Assembly (NCBI GenBank): GCA_976551045.1 | Contig: CDPCPM010000231.1 | Coordinates: 62,001-126,000 of the forward strand | Direction of reading: 5' to 3' | Source: Glaucostegus cemiculus | Lineage: Eukaryota | Length of the DNA stretch: 64,000 nt | Shown here: positions 41,117 to 54,400 of the stretch, in pieces | Layout: the number at the start of each line of letters is the position of its first letter | Position numbering within the stretch: the first letter of the stretch is position 1 | The notes under the pieces: model-generated | What the model saw: only the letters and a program-made list of their open reading frames with translations | Databases searched by the model: none | What the model was told of the DNA's origin: nothing | Made by a program: the position numbers and the translations under genes

Positions 41117-44100
41117 TGGAGGTGAACTGGAACATTCAAGCTTAAGGCTACAGAAATTATTACCTGTGTGGTGATACTTGAAGAGATGTGCAGTGGGGGC
41201 AAAACCCCAGATGTGAGTGCAAACAGCTCTTGTTGCTGCTTTTAGTTAGCCTGGGTATGGAGGACACTGTAAAAACAGGCCTTAACTGACAGCATGCAGC
41301 TGAGTCAGGTTACACTCAGCTCCCTCTGTTACCCTCTGTTACACTTGCACTTGAGGAGGACTGGCCAGAGGCAGCACAGACGCCTGGGAAAAGGCATGGC
41401 TATCTGTGACAGGTTAAAGCCATCATGTCTATGAAAGGAATAAAAAGGAGCTAATCCTTCACAGTTACACTGCCACTCAGCAACAACTGCTTGAGAAAAA
41501 AGCTTAAGGTACCTACCAGGCCAGCTACCAACATTTTCAAACACCAAGACATACATATTAGAGAATTGCTAAGATTGGTTGTAGTTTAGTGTGTTAGAGT
41601 GGGTGTGTACTTTACTGATAGAACTTTCTTAAGATTTAGGTGTTTTATGATAAAGCGAGTCTTAGGCTGGAATTATAGAACACTTATTGCAGCTTCAGAA
41701 GTAGAGAATGTCTTGAGAGGTGAAAGGAGCAGGAAGTTATAAAGCCTAATCAATGGGCGGCAATAAAGTTAAATAAAGCTGGATCATTTGACCCACTGCA
41801 GTTACTGCCAGGACTTTTTATGGTCAAAGGTAGCTGATCAATGGACTTCCTTGGCGACTGCTGAACCCATTGACTTTCCAGCTGCCCACTCACTGGTGAC
41901 TCCCTCAGAGCTGAACTCCCAGCGTCAGAGACTTGGGCAGCCTCATATTCTGCTGACCCGGGCTCCACTGAGGCTTTTCAGGATGCCCGATCCCTAAGTG
42001 GCAAAAGGCCTCTGTGTGAAGGAACAGTCCCTGACTCGGTCTGGGACTTGTTGGAACGGAACAACTCCGGTTGCAGCATGTGTAAGTAACTTTGCAAGAT
42101 CATGACGCCAGAAAGGAAAAACAAAACTTGTGGTCCTTGCAAAAGCAAATTAACAATGCAATCCTGCACACCCCTACTCATCTCCATCCCATTATCTCTT
42201 GGGAGCAGCAGATAAACACAGCAGCTTATTTGGAAAAATTACTGAGAAATGTCTCTTTGACTTCTTAAGGCAATCGAGCAAAGCTCTGAGGTTGTCCAAG
42301 AATGATAATCACACTAACCAGCAGGTAACCCCTATGATTGCAAATGATTTCTTCTGTAAGCAAAATGTCATTTTCCTTTTCAAGGGCTTCCTTGCTTGGC
42401 TGTTAATTTGGGAGGGTGATAACATAATCCTAAAATAAGTACTTCTCAGTGTCTATTCTGACTATGCACCAGTAAATTTCACAAATGTTTAGTTCTGCCG
42501 TTACCGTCTCTTTCAAATATCCTATCTGACTGGCCACATAAAAGGGAGTCTGTACTGATGAAACAGTTCAAAGCATAAACTGCTGGATACAGAGCTATGG
42601 AAGTGAGGAAAATGAGGCCTAACAACCGTATCAACCTTATTCCCTGCAGGCATGAACATTGCCAAAGCAGGTAAAGCTTCATTCCAGCCTGCTCTCATCA
42701 TTCAAAGCTCAAAATTTTGGCATTTTCATGTCTGCACTGTCTAGAGAACCAAAGGTACTTTAATCTGGAAAGAAAACTTCATAATACTACAAGCGTGGGT
42801 ATACCAATACCACTTAAAGCCTAAATACAATTTGCACTTGCTAGTACTAATGTTTAAAATATCCTGTTTTCTTTTTTATTTTTACCCATGGTTAAATATC
42901 TTACTTGGTTTACTATAGGTATTTCATACTGTTCCTACTCCCTATTAAGAGTCACCAGTGGTCGGATTCCTTCCTGATAGGTTACCATTAATGGCTACCA
43001 CTACTTGATAATAAAGCTGCCTGAATTTCCCCAGCTCAAGTGTTGATATCGATCAAATACTGGCACATTCTAAATCACCCCTGGTCTATTGATTTTGTGA
43101 AAATTACAGAGCTAAAAGGTAATATTGCTAAATTAAAAGTATGTTTCAGCTTATCATGAATGAAGATTTTGTGCAAAATTTAGCCTAGTACAGTACCCTG
43201 CAGGTATCATCCTTAAATACATACGTGGAACCTTTCCTTCACTCCTCAAAGCATACGCAGCTTGCATAAGCTGCTACCCTACACCAATAAGATATTCAAA
43301 GTAAAATTTCCCCTGCTGCCACCTAACAGTGTGCTCAACCTTGAATTAAGAAATCCATCCCCCTGCTGTGATCATTCTATTTCTCACTGTACATATCGCT
43401 GTAAGGTGTCTGAATGAGGTTAGTTTAAACAAATAGAGACATTAATAGGCAAAGATGATTCAATATTTTGTTTGGACACAATGCAATTACCAGTATTTTG
43501 AAGACAATTAATTAATATTAATAACTTTGATTCAATATTTGCATGCAGCCTTTAGATAAGTTGAAACACAGGCTTTAGAGAAGTGGGTAGCTTTAACGTT
43601 AACATCAACAGAATGTAAGAAGGATAATCACTTGACCTCCTGCATGTGCAGATGGTAGGGCAGTGGGACAGAGTCCATCACAGGTCAGTCTATTGAATTC
43701 AGCCAGGACTGCATCAGGCTTGTCAGTCAATTGTGGCTGCATCCAACCAATAGATGGTGAGCAAATGCCAGGTTGGATGTCCTGGCACATTTTGTCTTTA
43801 AGCAAAACTTAGACGTGATGTGGGATGGATAATGACAGGGTGATTTGTTTTAGTGATTGTGGTTGAGGGATTACTATTGGCCTGGACACTGGTGATATAT
43901 CCCCTGGTTTTCTTCCAAGCGATATTATGTTCACCTGAGGACAGGTGTTCCTTGGTTTAACACCTCACCTTAGAGGAGGGATCTCTAACAATAAAGTGAT
44001 CCCTTAAATGCTGCACTGAAGAGTTTCTCTAAATTTTGTGCTCAAGTCTTTGAATTGGTGTTGAACACACAGCTGTTGCCTCAGAGACAAGATCGTTTGA

Positions 44101-47100
44101 GAAAAATAGAATATTGTAGATACTGAAATAAAAATATAAAATGCAGACAGCGTTTGTGGAGATTAGAACACAGTTATGGTTTCATGTCCAAGACTTTTCA
44201 TCAGAACTGGTTTTAAGACGTTAAGATACTTTCAGATTCAACATCTCATTGAAAAGCACTGAGGGAAACCAGATACCACAAATAATTTAATATTTAAATA
44301 TATGAAGGCTTTGAATCTTCAGAGCGATCTTCCCAATAAAATCATCCACTGTGAATTAGGAATGCATTTTTAGTTTGGGATCAGACAGGTAAGGCTTGCC
44401 ATGGAATGAGCTGATTATTTTAGCTCTCTCTACTGTTCACAGATGCCACTCTTCTACAGAAGTGACACAACAAGGAAAGAACATCATCACTGACACAAGG
44501 CTTCTTTGATTCATTTTAGTATACAGTTCTTACAAAGTATTCAGACTGAGTCTATTAATGCTGGGCTCTGAGGTGTGTACATGGAGTGCTTTGAACAATG
44601 AGTCAGATGGACATTTCTGGGTTTACTCTTTGTGTCAGTCTGTTAAATGCACCAATCAGTATTCCATTAGTAGTGGGGCTCACAAGCAAAATAGCTACAA
44701 AGTATCCATAATCTATACAAACTTGTGAAGTGAACCATAGAAATGTTGGGACCAGGAACCTGTACAGACTAATACCAGCAATGTACTAATATCTTAAGGA
44801 ATGAGTTGTGAATAATGGAGCTGACACAATGCCAGGAGAGAGAATTCACATCAGTATCCATCAGCTCAACCTCATTTGTGGCATTGGCAACTTATTTGCT
44901 CACCTCTCCATTCAGACCATTCCGAACCCAAATAGATGTTTTAATGAGAATGGATCAATACATTGTATGTGCCATCTAAACTAAACAAGCTCTTTTTAAT
45001 GGCTGTATGCACCACTTTAAAAATCCAATCTGGACATTGTCCTTGAAATTAATACTCAATAGCGATGTGCACTCTACACCCAGTTCAATTTAAGCAGATG
45101 CCTTAAGTTGTATTGGCTAAGCATGCACGCTGCTTGACTAATCTGTTCACCTTAGACATTATAATTTTTTTTGCCCATTCATGCCCAATCAGGAAATAGG
45201 CAGCGAACTGGAAGAATTATTAGTTGAATTTCTGATAAGGCTGTGCAATTTTTATTTACATTCAATAACTGAGAACATGGGAGTGTTCGTAATGTCCAAA
45301 AACTCCTTCAGTTAACTGTTATGAATAACAAGTAGAGGTTCTTTGAGATAGTTAGCAAGTTTTTCTAGCTAACACAATTCTGAAAAATACTGAAATGGAT
45401 TACTGGAGTTATTTAATATTTTGTTTACTTTTCTAGTGGAATGAAGAAGAACCAATCTGACAAGGAGATGCTGACTAAGTCAGAGCGGCAGGTTTGTAGC
45501 TTCATCAGATTTGTGGTCTTATCACTGATCATGTTTGGTCACTGACTGGATTCTGTTTCTTCCTGTTTTATGACCCTGCTGTCCTCTCTCAGTAGCCTGA
45601 TTATGATGTTTTATGATGACATTGTTGCTTGTGATAGTGAGATAGATTAGGAGACTACTTGCATTCTGCAGCATTCACTTAAACATTTCTGTAGCTTCCA
45701 ACTGTTTACCAGTTTCCCCCTTCAAAGGGAGACGTGAATCAAGCATATAGCAACAGGTAGACATGGATGTTATATTTTGTTGGGCTGGATTTTCCTGGGT
45801 TGGGCCTGGCTCCTGAAATCAGTGCCTGTGAACTGTGTGTACTTGCATTTATCAGGGCTGGGTGTGGAGGCCTGATCTTCCCTGAGTCACGGGGCAGGGT
45901 CTGGATATTAATCGGGCTGCAGTGCACAGGCCCTGTCTCTGAACCCCTCCTGTCATAGCCATCAGAGAATTTTTCCCCTGTTCAGATATTCAGAAACATT
46001 TAACAGGTGTCAGCACCAAAGTAAGTAATTAAACCCATAAGCACACAGCAATATAATTAAAAGTAGTAAACTAAAGTAAAGTATTTTTCAACATTTACCT
46101 TCCCCTTTGCCTTCTGATCCACAGGCCTAGAATCTCCTTCGAAATCAATGGGGTCTGGTATCCTGCGCCAGGTCTAAACTAATGCAGGATTGGTGAGTGT
46201 ACTGCTCAGCCATCCCTCCGCACCTGGGCTCCAATGCTAAGTGGCCACTGCAGCACATCTGTAACTCAGTAAATATCAGACTCACAGCACATGGGTGCAA
46301 GTCTAGAGCTTACTTGTGCTCAAATGGCTGAACGTCAGCAGTTCCCCTCGAAACCACCAGACCATGCTTCAGCCCAAACAGCAACAAATACACTTTAGTG
46401 GTCTGACTACTCCTTCTGCCCTAATCCTGGAACATGTGGTGAAGGGAGGAGGAAATGGGATTTGCAGTGGTTGTTACGTTAGCAATGCGAACAGACCTGT
46501 AAGTGAAATATGACCCTCTGCCTAAGAGGTTGGAATGGTATTACTACCAATTGAATTAAGGTGCAGATGTACCCGCTCCTTTCCCAACAATCTGTCTGAC
46601 TGGAAATTTAAAGCAGATTGAAAAGGATATTGGCTAAAAATTAGATCCATTGTAACTTGATGTCTGAGTCAAGCTTAGTCATTTTTGACTCGGATATCAC
46701 TGGGACTGATCTGTGATTGCAGCTGCGGGGAGCTGTACTGACTTCCCACCAGACCAAACCTGTGGCCTCCTCCAGGTACGGCAAGGCAATTTAAAAAGCC
46801 CAGGCTGTGTGTATATGGACAAACAAAGGACTCGGGTAAAGACCACTGTCCAACCACAAGGCAGTAGAGGCTCAGGAAACACTCAATTTTGGAAAGCATT
46901 AGCACCCATTAGAAGTGTACTGATGAACTGTGGGCTCGTCCTCATGGGAGTTCCCACCACAGGTGAAGAAACAACTGTTTCCACCCGAGTTATTGAGCTG
47001 GGTTTAAAGAATATGCCACAGCTGGACATGATACTAACCCAGACTGTTCTGTGGTAGGCGATAGCTTGAATCTGATGAAACAGACAAGAAAAACAAGAAG

Positions 47101-48429
47101 ACATTTTAAAGCAGAACGGTTCTTGCAGGTGAAAATGAATGTGTCTGTAATTACAGAGTATTAAACACTGCAAGAGAATGGTGTGGAATTGGCTAAAAGA
47201 AGCTGAACATGATCAGCATAGTGAACACATATCAGAGCTCTGCAGAGCAGTAAACAGAATGCTGAGCTGTGCTGCTGAATCAATAGGGTACACGTCTCGG
47301 TTCTTCATCCTGCAGCTATGTGGTGCTTTGGTTAGACACATATAAATGAGGGAAACAGCTTGCCATGAAAGTATTGTAGAGAGGGATCATAGGGTTGATC
47401 CCTAGAATCAGAGGAGGGAGTCAATAGGAAAAGCTGGAAGAGAGGGGGTACTCTTCAACAAGAGGAAGGGCCACTCGTATCAAGCTAGCCAAAGTGGACT
47501 AATTAGCAGGAGATTAAAGTGCATCCTCTGTGTGATGTGGAGTGGGTTCATCTGGGTCATACCAATGGGGCTGCCTGCAGAGAGTTTTTGTGAAGGATTT
47601 ACTCATACTTTGGTTTATGGATACATAAACATTCCTCATCCTGGCTTTGGTTGAAAATAGACACAAGTAAACAAGCTGGAAGGCTATCGATCGTTTTGCT
47701 ATCAGCTGCTTACTTGAGCCGGGGACCCTCATCAGCCACATAATCTGCTCAAGATTCTCAATTATTCAAACTCAAACACTTGAACAGATCCAAAAGGTCA
47801 AGGCCTCAGTTTAATATGTTTGCTTGCCAAATACACCCAACAGATAATGTTGACAGAGTAAATATCCACTGAGGCTGCCTTCCAGCTCAGACTGGGCAGT
47901 GGGAATTCACAGAAGCTTATCAGTTGCACTTTGGCTCTGCTTAGAGTATACAGGTGTTGAAATGGGTCAAACATCCACCAGAATGGCTTTGCTGGCTATT
48001 GAGTCTGCAGTCTATGTTCTATCCTGAAATACAAGATTTATAGTCCATAACTCCCCAACACAAATAGTTAAAGGACAATGGAATGGGGAGTGGCATTGGT
48101 TGAGTGTAGGATAGGTGGGCCTGTAGAAACAAGACCTAGAAACAGTTAGACGCACGTTGGTGCTTTCCTACCTGTTTCCATGTGTTACCCATTATCAGCT
48201 GGGAGTTATTATTCTTCACTATATGTATATATATACTTCAAATGTATTTATAATGATCAGAGACATCCATGGGTGTCTCGTATTGGCAAGTTTATCACTG
48301 GTTTTGACTGGAGTTACCTCAGATCCTCAACATATGGAATTTTGCTTTACGGATTGCACAGCAAATAACTGGTTTAGTTGCTGAACACCAATCCATAGCA
48401 GACAGGATATCCACTGAAAAGGAAGAAGG

Positions 48430-48470
<41 letters not shown>

Positions 48471-51400
48471 TTACTGTTACACTGTGATTTTTATGCTGTT
48501 GCTCTGTTTCCCAACAGGGCCAAAGTCAGCCCAGAAAGGAATACAGCAGTAAATACAAGACCAAGCGTGATCACATGATCTGCAAGTGCCTGTCTCTAAG
48601 CATCACTTATGCTGCTACCATTGGAGGCCTCATGACAATTACCGGAACCTCAACCAACCTCATCTTCGCTGAGCAGTTCAATACGTAAGCTCTTCAGCCC
48701 TCACATAATGACCCTGTTTACTAGCCTGATAGACCACTACTAGAACAAACTTCCCCCCGGGCCTTTAAAATGCCGTTTTATTTATTCATAGGTTATGGAT
48801 ATCGCTGGCAAGATCAGCAATTAACTTCCATCCCTAAATGCTGCGGAGGAGGTGGTGCTGAGCTGTCTTCTTGGGCTGCCATTTAGCAAGGGCTCTCTCA
48901 CAGTTATAGTTACAGGCTTACCGTATACCTTGAAAAAAAAACAAATACAAATTGGATGATTGCTTTGCAGAACACCTCCATTCAGTCCACCCATTCTCAC
49001 TCTGTCGTCTCTAAGTCTGGTCTCCTACATTGCACTAAGCATGCTTGAATGTACGCTGAAGGAACTGCACCTTCCCTTCCACTCCATACATTGTAACCTT
49101 CAGGACTCAATATTGAATCTAACAATTTCAGTTAACAATCCTTACTCATCTCCACCATTGTGGCTGTACCTTTCCATTTCAACTTGCTTCTGTTCTGTTC
49201 TTCTGTCTCTACCCGCCTATTTTTAAAGTAATTTTTACCTTGACAACTTTGATCTGTAGCCTATCACAGACATTCCTTCTGTTTCCTCCTCCACCCCTCC
49301 CCCCCCCACAACTTAAAACAAACATGTATTTCAGTTCAGATGAAAGGGCTTTGATCTGAATTGTTGACTCTATTCATTTCCCACAGGTGTTGCTTTCCTC
49401 ATTTTCTGTTCATGGTTATATGTCCCACAAGGAGGAACAGCAACAATGATGGCTCCAGTGATCAGTAATTTAGGCTAAGTAATTTAAGAACAAAGGGAGC
49501 TGGTTGTGACCAGCAGATCCAAAAGGAATCACCAGTGTTTGGCCAATCGCTCTCAAATAAGTGCCAAGCTTTCATGGAGCCCCTGTAAGTCAGCAAGGTG
49601 CAGAGTGTTGCTGAAATCTAGTTGTGGAGCCTGGTTGTACTGGGACTCCCCAGATTCACTGTGCAGGAGCAGTGAGCCCATTAATTTGAATGGGGATTCC
49701 CAGTCTAAAGTTTAGGTGGAGAAGGGCAAGTTATTTATTTATTACTTATTTTATTTAAGTTATTTCGTTAATTTTTTAGCAGTTTAATATATTTTTGCAG
49801 TTTCTATTTTTAAAATATTTTAGTAATTTTATTTTTAAAATTATTTACAGCAAAGTTAACAATATTTCAATCTCCGAGCCTTAAAAAGTCCTGAAGCTTT
49901 AATAGGAGGTGAGATCCGCCCACAGCTGGGACTCCTGTCAAAGGCTGTTTGTGGTGTTACAGGGACAGGGCCTCAGCACTGTGCCACCTGAAGCCCAGTT
50001 GTCACTGAGGCCTCACTACACCTTGTCATCTGATTCCACGCTGCAGAGGGTCACTCCATTGCTGTCACAGATTGGGTCCAGAGTGGGCCTGCATCAGGTG
50101 TCATGAGTTGGCTGCTGTGAAAGGGTTCAATGACACAGAACATAGCCTCAGATCAGCAAAGGAGAGGTATGAGGGAAGCCAGGTGGAACGTTGTTAGTCA
50201 CCACATCTGCATTGGGCTTTTTTCCTTTACAGTTTGTGGTGAAATTAGTGTCGCTACGTGTTTGATGTCGGCGGGTCTGTTGTTGGTACTGCCACTCCTG
50301 ACATCTGCCTGTTCTTATTTCACAGTCGCTACCCAGAATCAAGATCTATCAACTTTGGCACGTGGTTTGTTTTCAGCTTTCCCATTGCCATCATCATGCT
50401 GGTGTTGACCTGGATCTGGATGCACTGGCTTTTCCTGGGATGCAAGTAAGCACGGAACCTGAAACAACAAAGCCACACTGCCTGCAAATACTGCAGGGGT
50501 GCTTCTTGTGGTTGATTATTTGAGTAATTGCACAGGCATCATGTGTCCTGGCTGTGGGATTTTACCCTTCGGCTGGACAGCATGCATGCTACTTCATGGT
50601 GTGAGATAACAGAAGGTTTAACCTGCTGCTGATTATTTGCTGTGGCAGCCACCAAGTCCTGGCTCCCTAACCGAGAAAGGGAATTAACCAGGCTATCTTG
50701 CTATAACCTTTATCCTTTGGAGTTTTGTGCTCTCTGGTGCTGTATTTACCACCACTATCAGCAGAAGAGTTTTGCCCCTGTATTTTATTATTTGCTACAA
50801 CAAACTCTGTGATGATCAATTTACAATGATAGAAGATTTGAAACAAGGCTCTGCTCTCCACTAAACACAATCTACTGTGAAATTATAATAAGGGACATTT
50901 GCTTTTGTTCTCCATTTTTAATATGTTTTGAAATGATGGTAAAATGCCCTCTCTGTTCTTAATGGCTGTGGCTGTATTACTTGGAGTGTTATCTCAAGTG
51001 CCATGTTTACTGCCTGTGGATAAGTCAGCTTCTTAAACCAGGATAAATTGATAAACAGGAAGCTGCAATCTCAGCCCATTCTTTGTATTTGGTTCTTTGA
51101 TACCATAACTCGCCAATCTGCAAAACTAGCAAAGGTTAATCAACTTCTTAAAAAAAAGCTGATATAGCCCAAAAATGTTTGGCAGCTCAGAGCGTTGAAG
51201 ATAAGCCTGTGATGAGCAAAAACAAGTAGTCAGACCTAGTGCAGAAGCCTGACTTCAGCAGCAGATATAATACAATATTTTTCACTTAAAAATTACAATG
51301 ACCTGGATTTTATTCTGAAGTTCCAGTAATTTTGGTATAGAGTTGGGGCAATAGACCAAGTAAAAAGAGTTCTTAGAAATGATTATCCCAAAACTCTGTT

Positions 51401-54400
51401 ACAAAAAGGCCACACTTGAATAATCCCCCCGAAACTGTCCCAGTCCATTCTGAGGCAGGCGAGAAGCCCAACAGACATTATTGTAAAAGTGATGAAGGAA
51501 CCTCCCTAATATATTTTCACAACTTTTGCCTGAAGTATCCCACCACTATATATATGGCAATGTGAGGTGCAGTGAGGTATTCCTGATGCAGACACCACAT
51601 TGAGATGGTCATGTTCAGCACTACTACTAAAGTTTCAAGTCAAGTCAAGTTTATTGTCATGTGCACATTTATATTTATGCACAGGTGCAATGAAAAATTT
51701 ACTTTCAGCAGCACCACAGGCATATAGCATTAGAAACAAAACATTCACAAGAAAAACATAAATTTAACATAGATTATATAAGAAAGGACACAACTAGAAC
51801 AAAAAAAGACAAAGTCCTTTGTAGTGCAAAATGCTCATAGTGTTGTTGTACTGAGATAGTGATTAGGGTTGTGCAGGTTGGTTCAAGAACTGAATGGTTG
51901 AAGGGAAGTAGCTGTTCTTGAACCTGGTGATGTAGGACTTTAGGCTTGCTGATGGTAGCTGTGAGAAGATGGCATGGCCTGGATGGTGGGGATCTTTGAT
52001 GATAGATGTTGCCTTCTTGAGGCAGTGCCTAATGTCGATGCGTTTGATGTCAGGGAGGGATGTACCCGTGATGTTTTAGGCTGAGTCCACTACTCTATTC
52101 AGCTTCTTACATCCCTGTGCATTCAAATTGCCGTACTAGACCATGATGCAACCAGTCAGGATACTTTTAATGGTACTTTCAACAAATGCAAGGTAACAAG
52201 TTTATTGTTACTTTGCATATCATCTCTTTTTCATTCATTTCTATTCAATGTACTCAGATTTCCCAGTCTAAAGTCTCTATTCTGCCATGAAGAAGAAAAG
52301 GATGAAGATAAGGATTAGTCTGAGCTGCACACATCTAGAGTCAGGTCTCAAAGAAGACTTCCTCCTTACATGCTGAATATCACTCACCTAGAAGCCTAGA
52401 AGATTTTGCACAGAATTTTCTGCGCATTGGCATCATATCGGCCTGTTGCCCCTGTGGTTCTTGGAAATGGATGCCTAGAGCTCAATTTCACAAGGAGGCC
52501 ACATTATTTGTGCCAGTCCCAGTCCCAGTCACTGCCGTCAGAATGAAGCATTTGGCATTCTTTACCATACTGAACTCAGGCAGGTGTCACTACATCTTGG
52601 CTCTACAGAATCCAATCAACTTCTAAATGAGCCTATTCATAGCAAAGCCAAGTAACTGAACAGTTTGCAAGAAGACTGATCTGCTTTGATACATCCTCTA
52701 TTTATAATTGGCAGATCCTTTTTAGAAATGAAATAAATCATAATAATAAAAGATCCAGAAGTAGGACATATTGTGAAAAGAGTTATCATTGAATGGAATA
52801 TGGCCAAAAGCAGATTTGTTGTCTCAGGTACAGTCTCCCCACTCTATGATGTGAATTACCAGAGTGATGAAAATCTTTGAGAACTTGAAGTTTAATTTTA
52901 CTAATATTATTCTGCAGCAAAAAATCTCAACCGATGCTATCACATATCATCAGTCTCATACCTTCCTCAGCTTTCCTATCCATTGAAATGCATCCAAGAA
53001 TGTTTGTTAAGTCTTGATTCTGGAGAAGAGCCATCTCTGTGAATGAATATTTGGAAAACTAAGGCTCTGTACTCTACTCATTTTAAAATGACTTAAAATA
53101 CTGGGATTAATTCCAGTCTCTCTAGGAAGCACTGATTCAATATCGCAAATGCCTATGTTCTACACACATTGTCTCTACATAAAGGGGATAAGAAGTCTCT
53201 ATTAGACAGAACAGAGAGCAACCTCACTTTATTTTATTGGTATTGGTATTGGTTTATTATTGACACTTGTACCGAGGTACAGTGAAAAGCTTGTCTTCCA
53301 GACCGATTGTACAGGTCAATTCGTTACATAGTTAGTACAAAGTGCATTGATATAGTACAGTAAAAACAATAACAGTACAGAGTAAAGTGTCACAGCTACA
53401 GAGTAAGTGCAGTGCAATAAGGTGCAAGGTCACACAAGGTAGAACGTGAGGTCATAGTCCATCTCATTGTTTAAGAGGACTGTTCAATAGTCTTATCACA
53501 GTGGAGTAGAAGCTGTCCTTAAGTCTGGTGGTACATGCCCTCAGGCACCTGTATCTTCTACCCGATGGAAGAGGAGAGAAGAGAGAATGTCTCCCATGAG
53601 TGGGGTCTTTGATTATGCTGGCTGCTACACCAAGACAATGAGAGGTAAAGACAAGAGTCTATGAGGGGAGGCTGGTGTCCATGATGTGCTGGGCTGTGTC
53701 CACAACTCTCTGCAGCTTCTTGCGGTCCTGGGCAGAGCAGTTGCCATACCAAGCCGTGATACAATCAGATAGGATGCTTTCTATGGTGCATCGGTATTAC
53801 ATTACTTGAATACATCTTTTGTTACAGCTTTAAGGAAACTTGTTCTCTTAGCAAAAAGAGGAAGACAAAACGTGAGGAGATGTCTGAAAGGAGAATTCAA
53901 GAGGAATATGAGAAATTAGGGCCATTCAGGTAAGGGGATAATTGTTCCTGACTTTTAAAGGATTGAACCAATATTTGGCTTTCAAGTTTCTCAAAGTGGA
54001 ATTGAATGTAAATCCATTATATTTTAATGTCTTTTCCAGCTACCCTGAGATGGTGACGGGGATTTTCTTTGTATTGATGACGTTATTGTGGTTCACTCGG
54101 GAACCAGGATTTGTTCCAGGATGGACGTCGCTCTTTGAGAGGTAAGGAGGAGGTTCCATGGTTAATGGTAACCTTTTCAACATCAGCCTTGGCTTGATTC
54201 TCAGCACGCTGATTCCGCACCAGATCCACTGTCACTCGGATCCAGTGACCACATCCACCATCACTGCAAGTTGACAATTGATCTCGTATTTCAGATGGTT
54301 ATAATGGTTACTTTGTGTAGACAGTGATTACCTAATGGATTTTTTTTCTTGGTATTCTCTAAATGTTGTTCCTTTTCCTTCTAGGAAAGGCTATAGGACA

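Noticed and set aside
46713-47057. 114-aa intronic ORF
   Set aside because: No SLC13 similarity, no suitable splice sites and no recognisable motif.
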